From Callorhinchus milii (lineage: Eukaryota), in contig NW_024704748.1 of the NCBI RefSeq assembly GCF_018977255.1, positions 25,978,001 to 26,042,000 on the forward strand: 64,000 nt of DNA. Direction: 5' to 3'. Numbering within the stretch: position 1 is the first letter of the stretch; each line of letters opens with the position of its first letter. A model generated the notes under the pieces. It saw nothing but the letters and a program-made list of their open reading frames with translations. It was not told the origin of the DNA and ran no database searches. Shown here one piece after another: positions 40,750 to 55,600 of the stretch. The position numbers and the translations under genes were made by a program.

Positions 40750-40960
40750 AATGATAATTATCCTTGCATTTGACATAGCGCTTTATCAATGTTCAAAATG
40801 TCTCAAAGCTCTTCACAGAATATACTGTAAAGTGAATTCACTGTATATGTTGTGGGCAAAATGCGGCAGCCAATTGCGCACAGCAGCGTCCTACAAACAG
40901 TCGTGGATTGAGTGACCCAATTATTCTTATTTTTTTTTTGGAAGGGATTATTACCCCTGG
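40750..40960 (-). mobile_element. SINE 3' half
   Basis: Family sequence. Confidence 0.8.
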
Positions 40961-43602
40961 AAATGCAATTATTGTACTCAAACCCAATGTGTCATTCAAT
41001 TCCTTGTTGCTCGGGGTTTAAATCTATGTCTGAATAATTAAATAAATTGCTTAATTAACTCTAAAATCATATTGCACACCTCAAAAAATACAAATTAGAT
41101 TATTTTGTGATATAATATTGTAACAGTAATTGGAAAGGTGCTTTGAATTTGGACAAAATTTAAAATGGTGAGATTCTAGCATCTAAATTTAATCCACAAG
41201 GGAATCGTTTTACAATTATTTTATTTATGGTTTGCCTTTTTGGCGTTAGTTTCTTAAAGTTACCGTAAGAACTTAGTATTTAGTTTATTGTTAAGCTTGA
41301 TCAATATTGGAGCTGGAACAGAAATACAGTATATGACTAAGATAAGCCCTTAATTTCGGATGGAGCAAATCATTCTGACTGTGGAGGCAATCCATGCGTG
41401 AATGCCCACAAAATATACAGTCAATTCACTTTACAGTATATTCTGTGAAGCGCTTTGAGATATCTCGCAGACCTGATAAGGCGCTGTATCAAATGTAAGG
41501 ATTATTATTATTGTTATCCACTGCTTACATTATGTGATCAATCAGGTGTTCAATGAGCCTTGTGTTAATGTTGTGTCAATGAACACTCTTTAAAAAGAAA
41601 TGGATCAATATTCCCTTGGAACCAGAATATTATAAAAATAACAGAGGTAAAAGCTACAGAAAACATACATATATCATGTCATGTAAGGCAACCTTTGAAG
41701 GACAGTGGACTCGAAAAGCATTCTTCTGCTTTTGGAGGGAGTTAGCGAAGGAGCAATTTGATTGAACTTTTCTTCAGCGGATGGAATGGTAACGCTATTA
41801 TGGTCATCGATCAAGAATGACCATGCAGTCCTGAAATCAATTAAACACTAACTTACCGACCCTACATCACAAACAGATTCCAGGCCATGCAGCAAACCAG
41901 ATCAATGCCATTGCTGCCTCTAGTTATAACGTTCCCTCTGGAGAGTGACGACGAATGCCTGAAAATTATTTTTTATTGTCGGCTGGAGTCATTCAGAAGA
42001 TCACGTCAGCTCACTGAAACGTGATGGCTCCTCAGTTCACAATCAAAACAGCTCAGGATGCCTGTGCTGATCTGAAAGAGACTTCTTTTCCTTTTTTGAT
42101 GGCGGACAGACAGCTGTCTGTCAACAGCTTGTGCCCCTCACGCAGGGTAGCGTCCCAGAGCGCTTGATGGAATGCTGAAAGAGACAACCATTGAGAAGAA
42201 AATCATTTTGATCCAGCTCTAAATCTGTAGCTGTACAAATCTACTGCCTCACTGGCTCTCTCCACTCTTTCACTGTCAAGGCACCGCTCAGGAATCCTCC
42301 TTGAGAATATTGTTCAACGTGAAAGAAGGTTCTCATTCCAAAACACCTGCCGCCCAGTGAAGGTGAGGAGAGAAAATTGACTGCAAGACGTAATAAAGGA
42401 AGTAGCCAAATTCAGTTAAACACATTGTTCTTTTATTAACTTGTATAGTACTGTACCTCACAGTCAAGCATTTTGACCACTCAATTTCCCCACTCGATTC
42501 GTTTCCCACTAAATACACAGTCAAACGGCTTTACATTATATCTTGCGTAACACTTTGGGATGTCTCGATGATGTGAGAAGGCACTATATCAAATGCAAGG
42601 ATTATTAATATTATTATACATACACACACATATGAATATTATTAATTAATAACCCTGAAACCCTTTAGTTGCCCCCCACAGCTCCACCCTCTATAAATTC
42701 TAGATCCATCCTTCCCTCTTTTGGCAATCTGATACAGGTCCAACCCTCATAAGAACTTTAATATTCCAATTATACACAGCCTAGACCTTTGTCCATTATC
42801 TAAATTGCTGTGAGAATCTACCATCGTAACCTAAGCGCCATTACACTAGGTTAACTGTTGCAAATTTCTAGTTAAGCATTTCTTTCTCTTCAGGTAAGGA
42901 GTCTTTATTCTCCAGACTGAATGCTGTTGCATCACCAGACCAAAGTTGATCGGTAAATATCTAAACGAGTAAGTCGCAGAAATATGATTAGTCTTTTCAT
43001 CACCTTTGTGATCGGCCACACTTTTCATCCTCCACGTATCCCTTAAATCTTTGCACCTAAGATGTCCCATTACATTGTCGTCTGGAGGATTCACTGTTGA
43101 CATTACTAACACTCCACCATTCTCATTGTGTCCAAAGGTGAAAATCAAAGTCAGAAATTAAGTCCAATGTCTAATTTCTCTTCTTGAAAATGTTCTTATG
43201 CCCAGGTTGGATATGTGTCTTTTTGTGGGGGGAAGTGGGAGAGGGTCACAGGTAAATATTATCAAGTGCAGTGACTGTGCATTTGCACCAGCAAAATCCC
43301 CCCAAAAAGCCATGAGGTGAATGACCAATTGATCTGGAGGTTTGTTTGCCAACAGCTCCATCGTTTTCAGAGATTTTTAAGGTCCACCTGAATAGGCAAA
43401 CGGAAATTTGGTTCAACATCTTTAAACCCGAAAGAATCTGAATTGGTCGTTCACCTGGTGGCTTTTTCTGGGACCTAGCCTACAAATCCACAGTCACTAC
43501 CCTTGAAAACAATTGACCTGTGAAGTCCTTGGAGAACTTTTGGTACGTCCTCTTCATTTCTTCTGTGGGCGGCAGTGACATTGATGCACAAATTAAAACA
43601 AT

Positions 43603-46600
43603 TTACAGCGGTTTCGAATCCGAACAAGACTGTTCAGCCTGAGGAGAGAAAACCATCATTCTAAAGTTACTCACCCTGAACATTATCTGATCACGTCACT
43701 TCCATATTTTATTGATCTTTCGGTAACACATAAAAGAAAAAGCCCAAGCATAGAGAGTTGATGGGCCGAACGGCCTGTGTCTTGTCTAAATTAAGCGCTC
43801 CGAGACGCTGTTCGGTGTGAAGGGCAAGTTGTTCTGTGCTGTAGGGTTCTTCAATTCTATTTGAAAACTTATTACAGTGCATAACATCACCCATTGCTCT
43901 CAAGTGAACAGCTATGACTTAGCCTGAAAGCAAACCAGAGCACGTTCTGGCAACACTTCAAATTCCTTAGACTGATTACTGCATGGTTTGCACAAAGTAG
44001 GGCATGTATGACCACTTCACGCAAGACAAAGCTGGTCATGCCAAAACCTAAGGTTGATGTGCATCGTCTGAAACTAATTGAGACAAATAAAATTTGGTCC
44101 GAAACAAATAAAACATCTAATCTAATCAAAAGAGATCACCGGTGCATAATGTCAATCATCTGGTTGTTCAACAAAACTTCATTGTATGGGAGGAAATGGG
44201 TTGCTCACAGGAACCAAGTAGAATATTCATAAAGGTTAAGAGTCAAGAACTCGAAGCTACTGCATGCAGTGAGTCAACTTGGTTTAACCTCGTCATGTAA
44301 CGTACTCGTGTCTCTAAATAAACAAGCGTGAAAGCCCAGACTTTGAAGAAAAAATTACGTGGAGAAGGAAATGTACTTAAACAGTGTGCTTGAGTCAGGG
44401 CTAGAGGCCGAGGCCGCGTGTGAGGGGAAATGTGTTCTAAACGCTTAATTCAGACCAGTAACATTTTTCACCGTTGCCAATGTATCGTTGATTTTCCACA
44501 CATTCCGTGTGTGGAGGCATGTACGTGCGTTGATAATGTGTATGTATATATTTCTGGACATGTATATGTTTTTACGTGATGGAGGAATTCTTGTATCAAT
44601 ACAATAGTTTTTTTTAAACTGAATTTATTTTTGAATAATTTTTTTTTTAGTAAGGCCCAAATTGGCACAGACCAGGTAAACCAAGTAGCCTCCATCTGTT
44701 GCTCCTTTCCTATGGAGATAAAAACCCTTTAGACGAACGTAGTTTGACAAGGAATATTAATTGAGAAATGTATTGAGTCTCTGGAATAGTATTGCGTGGA
44801 GTCCTGTAGCTCAGTGGTTAGAGCACTCGCTTTGCAAGTGAGAGACCTGAGTTCAATTCCAGGCAGAGGGCGAAACCTTGGGCAAGTTTCCTTACTCCAC
44901 ACAGAGAGCCTAATAATAATCCCTCCAAAAAACCCCAAACAATAATAAATTGGTCATTTTCAATCTACGGCTCTTTGTGGGACATTGCTGTGCGCAATTG
45001 GCTGCCGCGTTCGCCCACAAATATACAGTCAATTCACTTTACAGTGTGTTCTGTGAAGCGCTTTGGGACGTCCTCCAGACGTGAAAAGTGCTATATCAAA
45101 TGCAAGGATTATTATTATTATTATTATTATTACTGGTACGTATCTACCATGTGCCAGTTCGATTTTTCTCATAGACATTCTTACCTTCGGTGAATCTTCA
45201 CAATCGTCAACCAAATCAAGATCGAAATCAGGCAGAGGCATATTCAACCCCTCCTTGTTTCTAAGCCAGTACGTTGTTTGCTTTTCTTTGCCCTTATGAG
45301 GAGTTAAAAAGTGGGTCATATTTCATATAAATTTAAAAATCAGCTTCTAAGGTGGTCAATAAATCACTCCCTTCCAACTCGATTCTCTTATTACTCTCTG
45401 ATGGTGAGATGCAACTGTTTGTGGGACGCTGCTGTGCGCAATTGGCTGCTGCGTTTCGCCCACAAAATACACAGTCACTACACTGTAGAGTGAATCCTGT
45501 GAAGTGCTTTGAGACGTCTCAACGACATGGTAAGGCGCTATATGAAATGCAAGGATTATTATTATTATTATTATTAGTAGTAGTAGTAGTAGTATACCTT
45601 CAATTCAATGATTCCTCGTTTCATCAGTTCATATCCTCCCAGAGCTTTTAGTAGCTGAGCAGTGCTCTCTGATACGTGTATTTTCAGGGCTAGGCATCAA
45701 AAGAAGAGCACAACTAGCAGAGCAAACCTCCCGAAATTATGTTCTGCCATTCTTTCACTGTGTTTTGCTACAGCCAAAAGTGTTGAATAAACACAGCAGA
45801 AGTGTCGTCAAACAAAACTCATTACCCACACGGCACTCACAGCTAAGTTATGTCCTCGGCCACCGGGTTAGTTAACCGTTTCAAACAATTTATGGAAATC
45901 TGGCAAAATGTGGGTCTTTAGCTGTGTTGGACTCGTGGTGGGAGTCAGGAGGACTAATGTAAGCAACCTTTAACTGGCGGCTTTACTGAAAGAGTGGGTA
46001 AAGAGTGACTTTTACACCAGGTTGTTAGAGAACGCAGGAAATCTCTCACAAAAGACACTTAGTATCTGGCGAAACTTCTGCAGCTATTTTGCTGCCAGGG
46101 ACTGCCAGGGTCAAGTGAGTGAAACAACTAGAGACGAGCTTTGACTAACCGTTGAGGAACATTGACTTCATGAACAATGACAGGTTAATGTCTCAAGTAG
46201 AGTAACTGTGGGGTCAAACCCATGCCTCCAAGGGAAAGCAACGCTGGACATTCAGACGAATCGAAGATGAAAAGATTTGACAAGAAGGAAAAAGACTTGA
46301 AACTTACGCAAACCGTTACTCTCCATCCTCGAGGCTACGTTGACAGTGTCTCCAAACAGGCAGTATCTTGGCATAGATGTTCCGACAACTCCGGCAACCA
46401 CTGGGCCTACAAAAAGAGCAAAGGACCAAAGAATGAAGTGTGCGGAGGCCCTGGGATCATTCACTTCCCTCAGCTCCGACCAGCATCTTTCGAATGTGGA
46501 GTTAAGATAATCCTCCCCCAACCTGTAGCGAAAGTTGGGGCATCCACTTGGTGGCAGTTCAAAAGCTGCAGCAACCAGCTACGGGGAAAACCGTTTGAAC

Positions 46601-49600
46601 AAAATTGGAGGGAGAGGGAGATGGGTTTCGCTTGCAACAGACAAGCGCTCCGGGACACTACCCCGCATGGAGGGCGTGATATACATACAAGTTGTTGTTG
46701 TTGACGTCTTCAGAAGTGGAATGTCCCATGATATTAGAGCTAGCGCCTGTGACGATTATGAGATCCCGCCCTGAAATTTCTTTTCACTGCCATGTCCAAT
46801 CCACGACACAAGCAGAGCAATCAAAAACCTTTCTAATTGAGCTGCGCAAGGCTTTCCCTGTTACCTGTATTGATGCCTATACGCAGCCTGAGCTGTTCGT
46901 TCATCCACTTTAATTCGAAGCTTGTAATGGCACTGAGGAAATGCAAAGCCATGGTACCAATTTCACCAGCGTGTCTTATTCCATTGCAGATGGGCATTCC
47001 GCTTACTACCATGTAAGCGTCTCCTATTGTTTCAACCTGTATTTGAGATCCCAACACAAATGGTTCAATCAAACATAATTTTTCACAGTAATAAAGTGCT
47101 GGGGAAACAGATGGAATATCTGGGGTGAAGAGAGGATAACGGTAACTTTACAACCGACAACAACTTTCATTTATGTGTGTGTGTGTGTGTGTATATGCAT
47201 AATATATAATAATAATATTCTTTGCGTTTGATATAGAGCCTCATCACGTCGTTGAAACATCTCAAAGTGCTTCACAAAATATACCTTAAAGTGAATTGAC
47301 TGTATATTTTGTGGGCGAAACGCGTCAGCTTTTAATAGCAGGTTTTATAACTTTTATATATATACCATCTGAGTGCTGTAAATACAATGTAAATGCTGAT
47401 TTATTATTCCAATCATCGTTTTGTAATGCTGCCACGAAAAAAAAACTAATTTTGATTCGACTGTTATAAAACGGCCAAATTAAAACATTTTCACAGAGGC
47501 CGTTTTAAAGTTGACAGATATATATATATATACATTCATCCAAACATGTTCTCTCCTACCTTGTACACATCATACGAATTGATAATGTCATCAAATAAAC
47601 TGTACAGATCATTGAGCAGGCCCACAACCTCCAATGGAGTGCTGATGGAACAGATGCTTGTAAAGCCAACTATATCTGAGAAGAATACAGTGACGGATTC
47701 GAACGATTCTGGCTCCACACATTTGCCTTGTATGAGCTGCTCTGAAATGAAACTGTGGAAAAGTGTCGCGTGTAAATGCGGTCCAAAAAGTCAATCCAAA
47801 AAAGTAATAATAATAATACTTGCATTCGATACAGCACCTCGCCTCGTCTTCGAGACGTCTCAAAGCGCTTCACGCGTATACCTGGGCAACATGCTCGACA
47901 GAAGCTTGTCTGTCCTTCTCTTCTCCACCATCAGTTGGTTTGTTCTCTCTTCGACCACTTCTTCCAGATGATTTGCGCATCTTTCCAGTTTGTTCACCAT
48001 GTTGTCCAGAACGCTGGATTTACTGTCAAGTAAGTAGAAATTGATTAGCCCTGACCAAAATAATTCTCGAGAGCGTTGACCAGAACCTGACAGTTCAACC
48101 ACCAGCCATTAAAATAACAATAACAATAATAATCCTTGCATTTGATCTAGCGCCTTAGACTGTATATTTTGTGGGCCATTAAATAATTTTCTGTATTGTC
48201 TGCCGCCCCCGAAGAGCACAGTTGGCAATGAGGGACATTGTAGGGAGGTTGAAAAAATGATAATAATTCTCTCAACTTGGTAATAGCGAAAGTGACCTCT
48301 ATTCCCCAACCACAGAATTAATTATTTTGCTTTCTGTGACCCTCGCTGGCCTGAGAGTTACCTCGTATTGAAACACATCTGGAGTCAAAGACAATAAGAT
48401 AAGGTTGGGCATTATACTACAATTGTAATGTTCAAGGCAAGATTGAGAAAGGAGTTTCTGCAGTAGTAAACAAGTCGTAAAGTTTGTGATTAATTTTATT
48501 ATCCTATTGAATCTTACTTTTATTTATTTTACCTAATCTGAAGAGTGAGAAAGAAACTGCAGAAGTTTCATAAGTTGAACAAAACTTATTTTCACAGCAG
48601 GAATATTGGATTTGAACCATATACTTATGTAACCAATACATGATTTGTTTATGGAAAAGAAAAATTGTAGAATACAACAATAACAACAACAAATTACACT
48701 TGTATAGCCCTCTTCACGTCGGAAAGACATCCCGGGCGCTGAATAATGTGCACATTGGTATAAGTGGTTGAAAATAATTTAATTTTAATGCAGCAACTTA
48801 GGAGAACGGGCTCAGAAACAATACCTGCACCTTTGAGAAGTGGTGTTGAATACTTGCTTGATGGTACATGCGTTACCGGCATTATTACTTCTTTGATAAA
48901 TTACAGAAATAGAGCAGTGATCCAAAAACATCATCAAGGAGATAATGGTGCCACTTGGATGATAACCGTAACAATATGGTTTATAGAACAGACGGACTGG
49001 GTAACAGCTCTGGTCACCTCCTCTCTCCCCCCGGCTCGGGGCCAGCCTCCACCACTGTTAAACGGCTCTGAGATACAGCCCTCCCCCCCCCCGTGAAGGG
49101 CGCTATAGAAATTCAAGTTGTTGTTGTTGCAGGGCAAGATCACTCACCGAGTCACCTTTTCCACACACTCTTTACACTGGGCACAGTGTAAAGTTTGGTT
49201 CTAAAATCCAATGGTCACATGCAGGATAACAATTCTTAAAAAGCATTCTATATCTTCACTCCTGTTTTTATATGTCTAAAAGGTGAACAATCTATACGAT
49301 CTGAAAAAAAAAACAGAGCACACTCGACCCAATGTCAAGATTGAAGAAGATCTCTTTTAGGACTGACCCCTCAGGAGTGCTCTGTTGCAATGCTTGTTTG
49401 ATTGAGCGGAAGTTCGGCCTTCTCTCTGGACGTTCATCCCAGCACGACGTCAGCAAGGCCATTATATTCTTGTTACTTGCTTCTGCAGGCAATGTGGGTC
49501 TCGTTGGTGTCCCTGAACCAGGGTTTTTAATTTTATAAATGATTTCTACATGAAATAAAACGAATAAAGACACGACTTTGTGTTTATTCCTGCTACTCTT

Positions 49601-52600
49601 TTTCTATCTATCATCCCCCCACCCCTATCCCCCCACCTTCTCCTCCACAAAAACATGGCTCATTTTCCTGGTAACATTGCAGGAAATCTTTATATGTGAG
49701 GACTATCGAATCCATGTAAAATGTAAAATGTAGGCAACAAAAGTGGAATTGTCTCCTGCAATGTGACTCACAATATTGAGTTTGAGTTTCGATTTGTTTG
49801 CTGTACAGATATACCAAACAGGTTGTTTAATTCATTCACTCAAAACCTATCCTGATCTGCTCGCCTCTTGCTCGCTGTCATGCCTCTTCTATAGTCCTCC
49901 CAGACTGCATGGCGTTGCAAAGTCTGCAAGGTGTCTATGACATAAGAACGCAAGGACATAAGAAAATGTGGACCGAGGCAAGGCCATTACACACATCAAA
50001 CTTTTCAGTCCAAACTATGCCAACTAAAAATTTTACCAAATTCATTTAGTCGTCTGCAGAAAGTTTTTTTTTAAAAAATTTGTTTCTTTGTCCTCTAACT
50101 CTAAATGAATCAAGACTGCATCCTTACATCCCATATCTTGCATCAATCAATGCTTCTTTCTTGGCATACCATTTCAATGAGCCAAGATACACAGAAAACA
50201 TCATGTAGTACGTACCATTCAATACTCTCTCTTGCCTTGTCCGTAGAAGTTCCCTCCATCTCCTTCCTAACCAGATTATCCAGTCAGTTCAGATTTAAAA
50301 GTTAATTATCACAGCACTAAGTCTACATTCAGTATCTGCCCGTTGGCTAAAAACTATTCTTTTAATTGGAAGCTTTTACTTGTTACATCCTCTAGTTGTT
50401 TGCCTCCAATCCAAGTTAAACTAGTTTTTCATTGATGTGGGCTAAGCTCTTTCCCCTTCTGTTTAGTGCATTTTGCAAAATAATTGTCTCTGGACATTGA
50501 CAAATAATGCTGTACTGAAAAATAAGTAACATTAACTTAGAGTTTTATTTTTTTCTTTATCCCTTGAGATTGCTTTGTGGTGCCTTTGCGATTGGAGCGT
50601 GCATGACTGATCATACTGTATAAATATCCCAGCACAGCAGGAGTACACATGCAAGGTACATGTGAGGCCTTTGAGTCATTGGACCCAATGCAGATAAGAT
50701 GTCAGTATAAAGTACTTTGGGGTTCAACTTACAGTTTTCCTCCGACAAACGTGATTGATGCCATCATTTCAAAATACGTCGGAGTTGTAGCTTTTTTTAT
50801 TATACAATGGTGTGGAATTTTTGTTATAAAGAAATAAACTTTTTTTTTACCCTCTGGGTCCATATGTAAGTCATGATAAGGCCCCTGTTCACCATCGTAC
50901 AATAGCTCCTTCATGATGATAGCAAAACTATAAACGTCTCCTTTCTGTGTACCATTGAGTGGGTAGTCATTAAGCCACAACAGTTCTGGAGCGGTCCAGT
51001 ACAGCTCTGCAGGAAGACAAAATATACAGTCAATTCACTTTATAGTGTATTCTGTAAAGCTTTGAGACGTCTTGAAGATGTGAGGAGGCGTTATATCAAA
51101 CGCAAGGATTATTATTATTATTTTAACGTATGTATCTTAGTGTACATTCATTCACATTCAGGCTCCTCGAAAAGAAGCTGAACAAAAGCAGAAAGGGAGA
51201 GAAAACTGACGCTGGATATCGAAAACTAGCTAAGGGTAAAGTTTAGGGAGGGTTGTAAGTGTATGATGACAGAATTCTATTACTTTGACCAAGATAATTC
51301 TCAGATGGTAATTCAGTCGATGCGAACATTCCCTAAACTACTCTCTAAAAATGTTTGAAAGTACATACCTTCAAATGCCATGTTTTCTCCAGTGATTACT
51401 TTCCTTTTTGTTCCAAAGCGAAACTCCCACAAGCCGAATTCTGCTATTTTCACTTGCATCCGACTATCTATCAGGCAGCTCTTGGGTTTTAAGTTACCGT
51501 GAGATTTTAGAGGGCTGTTATGCAGAAACATCATTCCCTAAAATATAACATGTCAACACCATCATCAGTGCACTTTCTCTCGCCTTTTGCTCCAAGACAT
51601 TTCCTGCAAATGATAGTTAATATTCACCATGTGAATCTGTGTATTGTCCTACTGTACATAATTATTAAAATAATAAATTGGTCACTCAATCCATGACTGT
51701 CTGTTGGACACTGCTGTGTGCAATTGGCTGTCGCCTTTCGCCCACAAATATACGGTCATTTCACTTTACAGTATATTCTGTGAAGCGCTTTGAGACGTCG
51801 AGAAGACGTGAAAAGCGCTATATCAAATGCAAGGATTATTATATCATTATGATATCAAATGCAAGGATTATTATTATTGTAAAAAATACAGGGGCCTTTA
51901 CATGAAAGAATGCAAGAAACCATGAGATAAGGAAAGACTCTTTGTTGCATCAATCATTTTGCTGGGAACTGTAGTTCCCATGTATTTTTTAGGGAATGGC
52001 GGGACAGCACTTCCAACAATGTAGTTAAACCCACAACCTTCTGACTCAGAGGCAAGAATACAACTAACTAACTGAGCCAGGTTGACATGGGCTAACAACT
52101 GGGAACAACTGTCAAACAGTGAAATCTGAAAACCTTTCAGGCAGTGGTCTATTGTGAACGGGCAGTTAATGCTCCACATCTCAAATTATAACATGCATTA
52201 ATCACGGTCAAATGTAAAACGATGATTTGATTTGTTTTCTGCGTATGTGTAATGGGTGTATATTGAATGACAAATGATACATGTCGTGGAGAGAAGGGCT
52301 GGTACCGAGCAGAAGTATTTAGTTTGATGGGGTGAATGGCATTACTAGTATGAAGCATGCATCATGTATTTCGAATACAGGGGCAACGATTGATTGATAA
52401 GATATGATAAGATTTTCCCACAACCACAAACCGTAGCCCTCTCTGGGAAGAATAACACAAGAGTGCGTCTCAAGTTAGCAAACAGACTCTAACCAAGCTG
52501 GATTGTCGTAAATCCACACTTTGTCAATGCAGAAGCTGCTGCAGAAACTAATTAACTAATTAACTAATTAATGAATTAATTAATTAATATTAAGACAGAT

Positions 52601-55600
52601 AATAGCTGGCTAGGTATTAATTAATTAAAGTGGATCTGAGAGACAAAACCCCTGAAATTAATTTTTAAAGCTGTGCCTCCTTTAAAATGTACATTGCTTG
52701 TAATGGAGAATTCGATCCTTTTTTAAATACGGTTTTGACCAAAGTCAATGAACGTCATCAACTTTAACTTGCACTTTCCTAACGTCAGAATTCCAAGCCG
52801 TTTGCTCCCAGTTACCAACTCACATTTACTATGTCATAAGCGAGGGAGAGCTTCAAGATCCAGTCCAGGTCAAACTTTCTGGTTTTCAGGACATCCTGGT
52901 GAAAATAAATGAAATATATCAAAATACATTTTGGCGGAGTCAATTTTTTCCCTACAAAATTAAGTTGTCCTGTATTAAGTGTAATGCAACCTCAACGGGC
53001 TGTGAATATGCAAGGACTCCTGTCAAATGCCTGATTCCACACCACTGGAAGCTCTAATAACTGGATAATGTTGAGAAAATGCAGGCGGTCGCAGAGAGCT
53101 GGTAATTAGGAATTCCTGTCTGGTTCTGCACTTCTTACTTAAGGTGGTGACAATCCACAAAGTGCTCTTCGTGATTTATGGTTTAATATTAACGAAACCA
53201 CTCGCAGAAAGATCTCTCTTTTGGCAGCTGATCTATAAAAAAAATGCTTGTGTTTTTCTCACAGATACTGATAGCTAAGAACCTAGACAGTATTTACAGA
53301 CTGAGCGGAATTAATAATAATAATAATAATAATCCTTGCATTTGATGTAGCGTCTTAGCACGTTTTCGAGACGTCTCATAGATTAGACTGTAACGTGAAT
53401 TGACTGTATATTTTGTGGGCAAAATATCAAATTCTTTGATTTCTAAATAAAAGAACATACTCTTCAATAAATTCGCCAATGAAAGTTGGCAATAGTATTT
53501 TATTGTGAATACTGGCTCAGTAAAAGGGCACACAGAGATCCTGATAATCAATAATAATAATCCTTGCATTTGGTATAGCGCCTTATCACGTCTAGAAGAC
53601 GACTCAAAGGGCTTCACAGTGAGGGCTGGAATAGCAATGCCAAGGGTTGACTACCATTTTCCCAAGATGCCAATCAGATAGGGACATTGAAATTTGCTGT
53701 TGACATTGTTGGCTGACATTTCAATCAACTTACCTTCAAACTTCCCTTTTTGCAATATTGTGTAATGATGCATATATTTGGTGGCTCGATACAGACACCA
53801 AAGAAGCTAATTATATTTTCGTGCTTTAGATTTCGCATCTGGAAACAAAATGGATTAATTCAGATATACATCATCTTAAAATAGTTGTCTTGAAAACAAA
53901 TGGATTTTGTACCAGTGGCTTAGCTAATCTGAAATCATAACGCGCGGCAATGTAAACTCCTGAGTTCAAGAAATCATAAATTGTCTAGTTCCTTATAGTC
54001 CTTTACATTGCTTATTGAAGTCTGAGATGTGGTATTTCTAAACAGAATTTTAAATCAGAATAGCCAAGTCTTGCAAATTGAGACTCTTCCTGGCAACTGG
54101 AATTACGTCACATAAACCCACAGAAACCTCACTCTGCAATCTCCTTCCGGAGGAAAGTTGCCGTGAGGGTGACGTTCACTACCAACACAATTCCTTATTA
54201 AAAAAAACTGCAAATTAGATCAATGCATTAATCCAGCAGAAATGCCAAATTGGTGATTGGGATACATTATGTTTTCTAGTCATCTGTGGCTAAGTCTTTT
54301 TACGTAAAAAATATATTACGACATAATAGCAGTGACATAATAGCAATTGGCAGATCGCTTTCCGGGGGTAATAATCCCTCCAAAATAATAATGATAATTT
54401 GGTTACTCAATCCACGACTGTTTGTGGGACGCTGCTGTGCGCAATTGGCTGCTGCGTTTTGCCCATAAAATACACAGCCACTACACTTTACAGTATATTC
54501 CGTGAAGCGCTTTGAGATGTCTCTCAAAGGCATGAGAAGGCGCTGCATCAAATGCAAAAATTATTATTATTATGATCCTTTTTGCCACACGTCTCATACC
54601 ATGTCCAGCTCTTGACGGATTGATAGTTTCTTCACATCTGGAGAGCTCGTAGTGTCGAGGTACTTAATTGCAACTTGGTTCCCCTGTCACGGAAGAAATG
54701 AGTTAATAAAATGGTGGTGTGTAGAACATCAGTGCCTGGCTTTATTTTTGGTCGACGTTCTTTTTAGTCAATTTACTGACTAAGCATTTTTCTCATTAAA
54801 TCAGACACTTAGTTCATCATGACTCATCTCATTGAATGAGATTGGATAACAATCTAACTATTTGCCAACTCACCTGATAAAGCCCAACTAAGGTATCCAT
54901 TGCCACATTTTCTTGCTTATCCCTGAGACTGGAACTCGAATGGCTCGATATCATGGTTTTAGGGGTACAAACAGATGATGTGCCAAAATGAACCTGTGTG
55001 TTGATATGAGGATGGGTTACATTCTGTGCAGCAACTGGCTTCATATTATAGAATAGAATCATAGAATATTACAGCATAGAAGGAGGCCATTCGGCCCATC
55101 GCGTCTGTGCCGGCTATTTGGAAGAGCTGCCCAATCAGTCCCACTCCCCCGCTCTTTCCCCGTATCCTTGCAAATGTTTCCTTTTCAAGTACCTATCCGA
55201 TTCTCTTTTGAAAGTTGTAATCAAATCTGTTTCCACCAGCCTTTCAGGCAGTGCATTCCAGACTGTAACAACTCTCTGTGAAAATTATTTCTCCCCTCTG
55301 TTTTCTTTTGCCAATTTTCTTAAATCTATTTCCCCTGATTACCGACCCACCTGCCAGTGGAAACAGTTGATCTAGGATAACTGCAAAAATGGCGTACAGT
55401 GCAAATCTTAGTCCTTATCATATACCTTGGTCTCCTCCAGGATGATGATATCTTCGAAGTTTATTTTCCACCACATGTCCTGAAGTTGATTTTGCAATTT
55501 ACATTTCTGTGCCATTAAGACAGCAACGAACACACCGGCAGCCAAAGCAGTCACCAGGAAGGCAACCACTAAACTCAGAACCAAGCCACCTGAAGAAACA

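Noticed and set aside
44796-44870. tRNA-Ala(TGC)-like sequence (also at 6690-6754, 19124, 34126, 57637)
   Set aside because: These are SINE heads: the acceptor stem is imperfect and the sequence continues into the SINE body.
52548-52630. (TAAT/TTAA)n palindromic tract
   Set aside because: Simple AT-rich microsatellite with no transposon termini evident.
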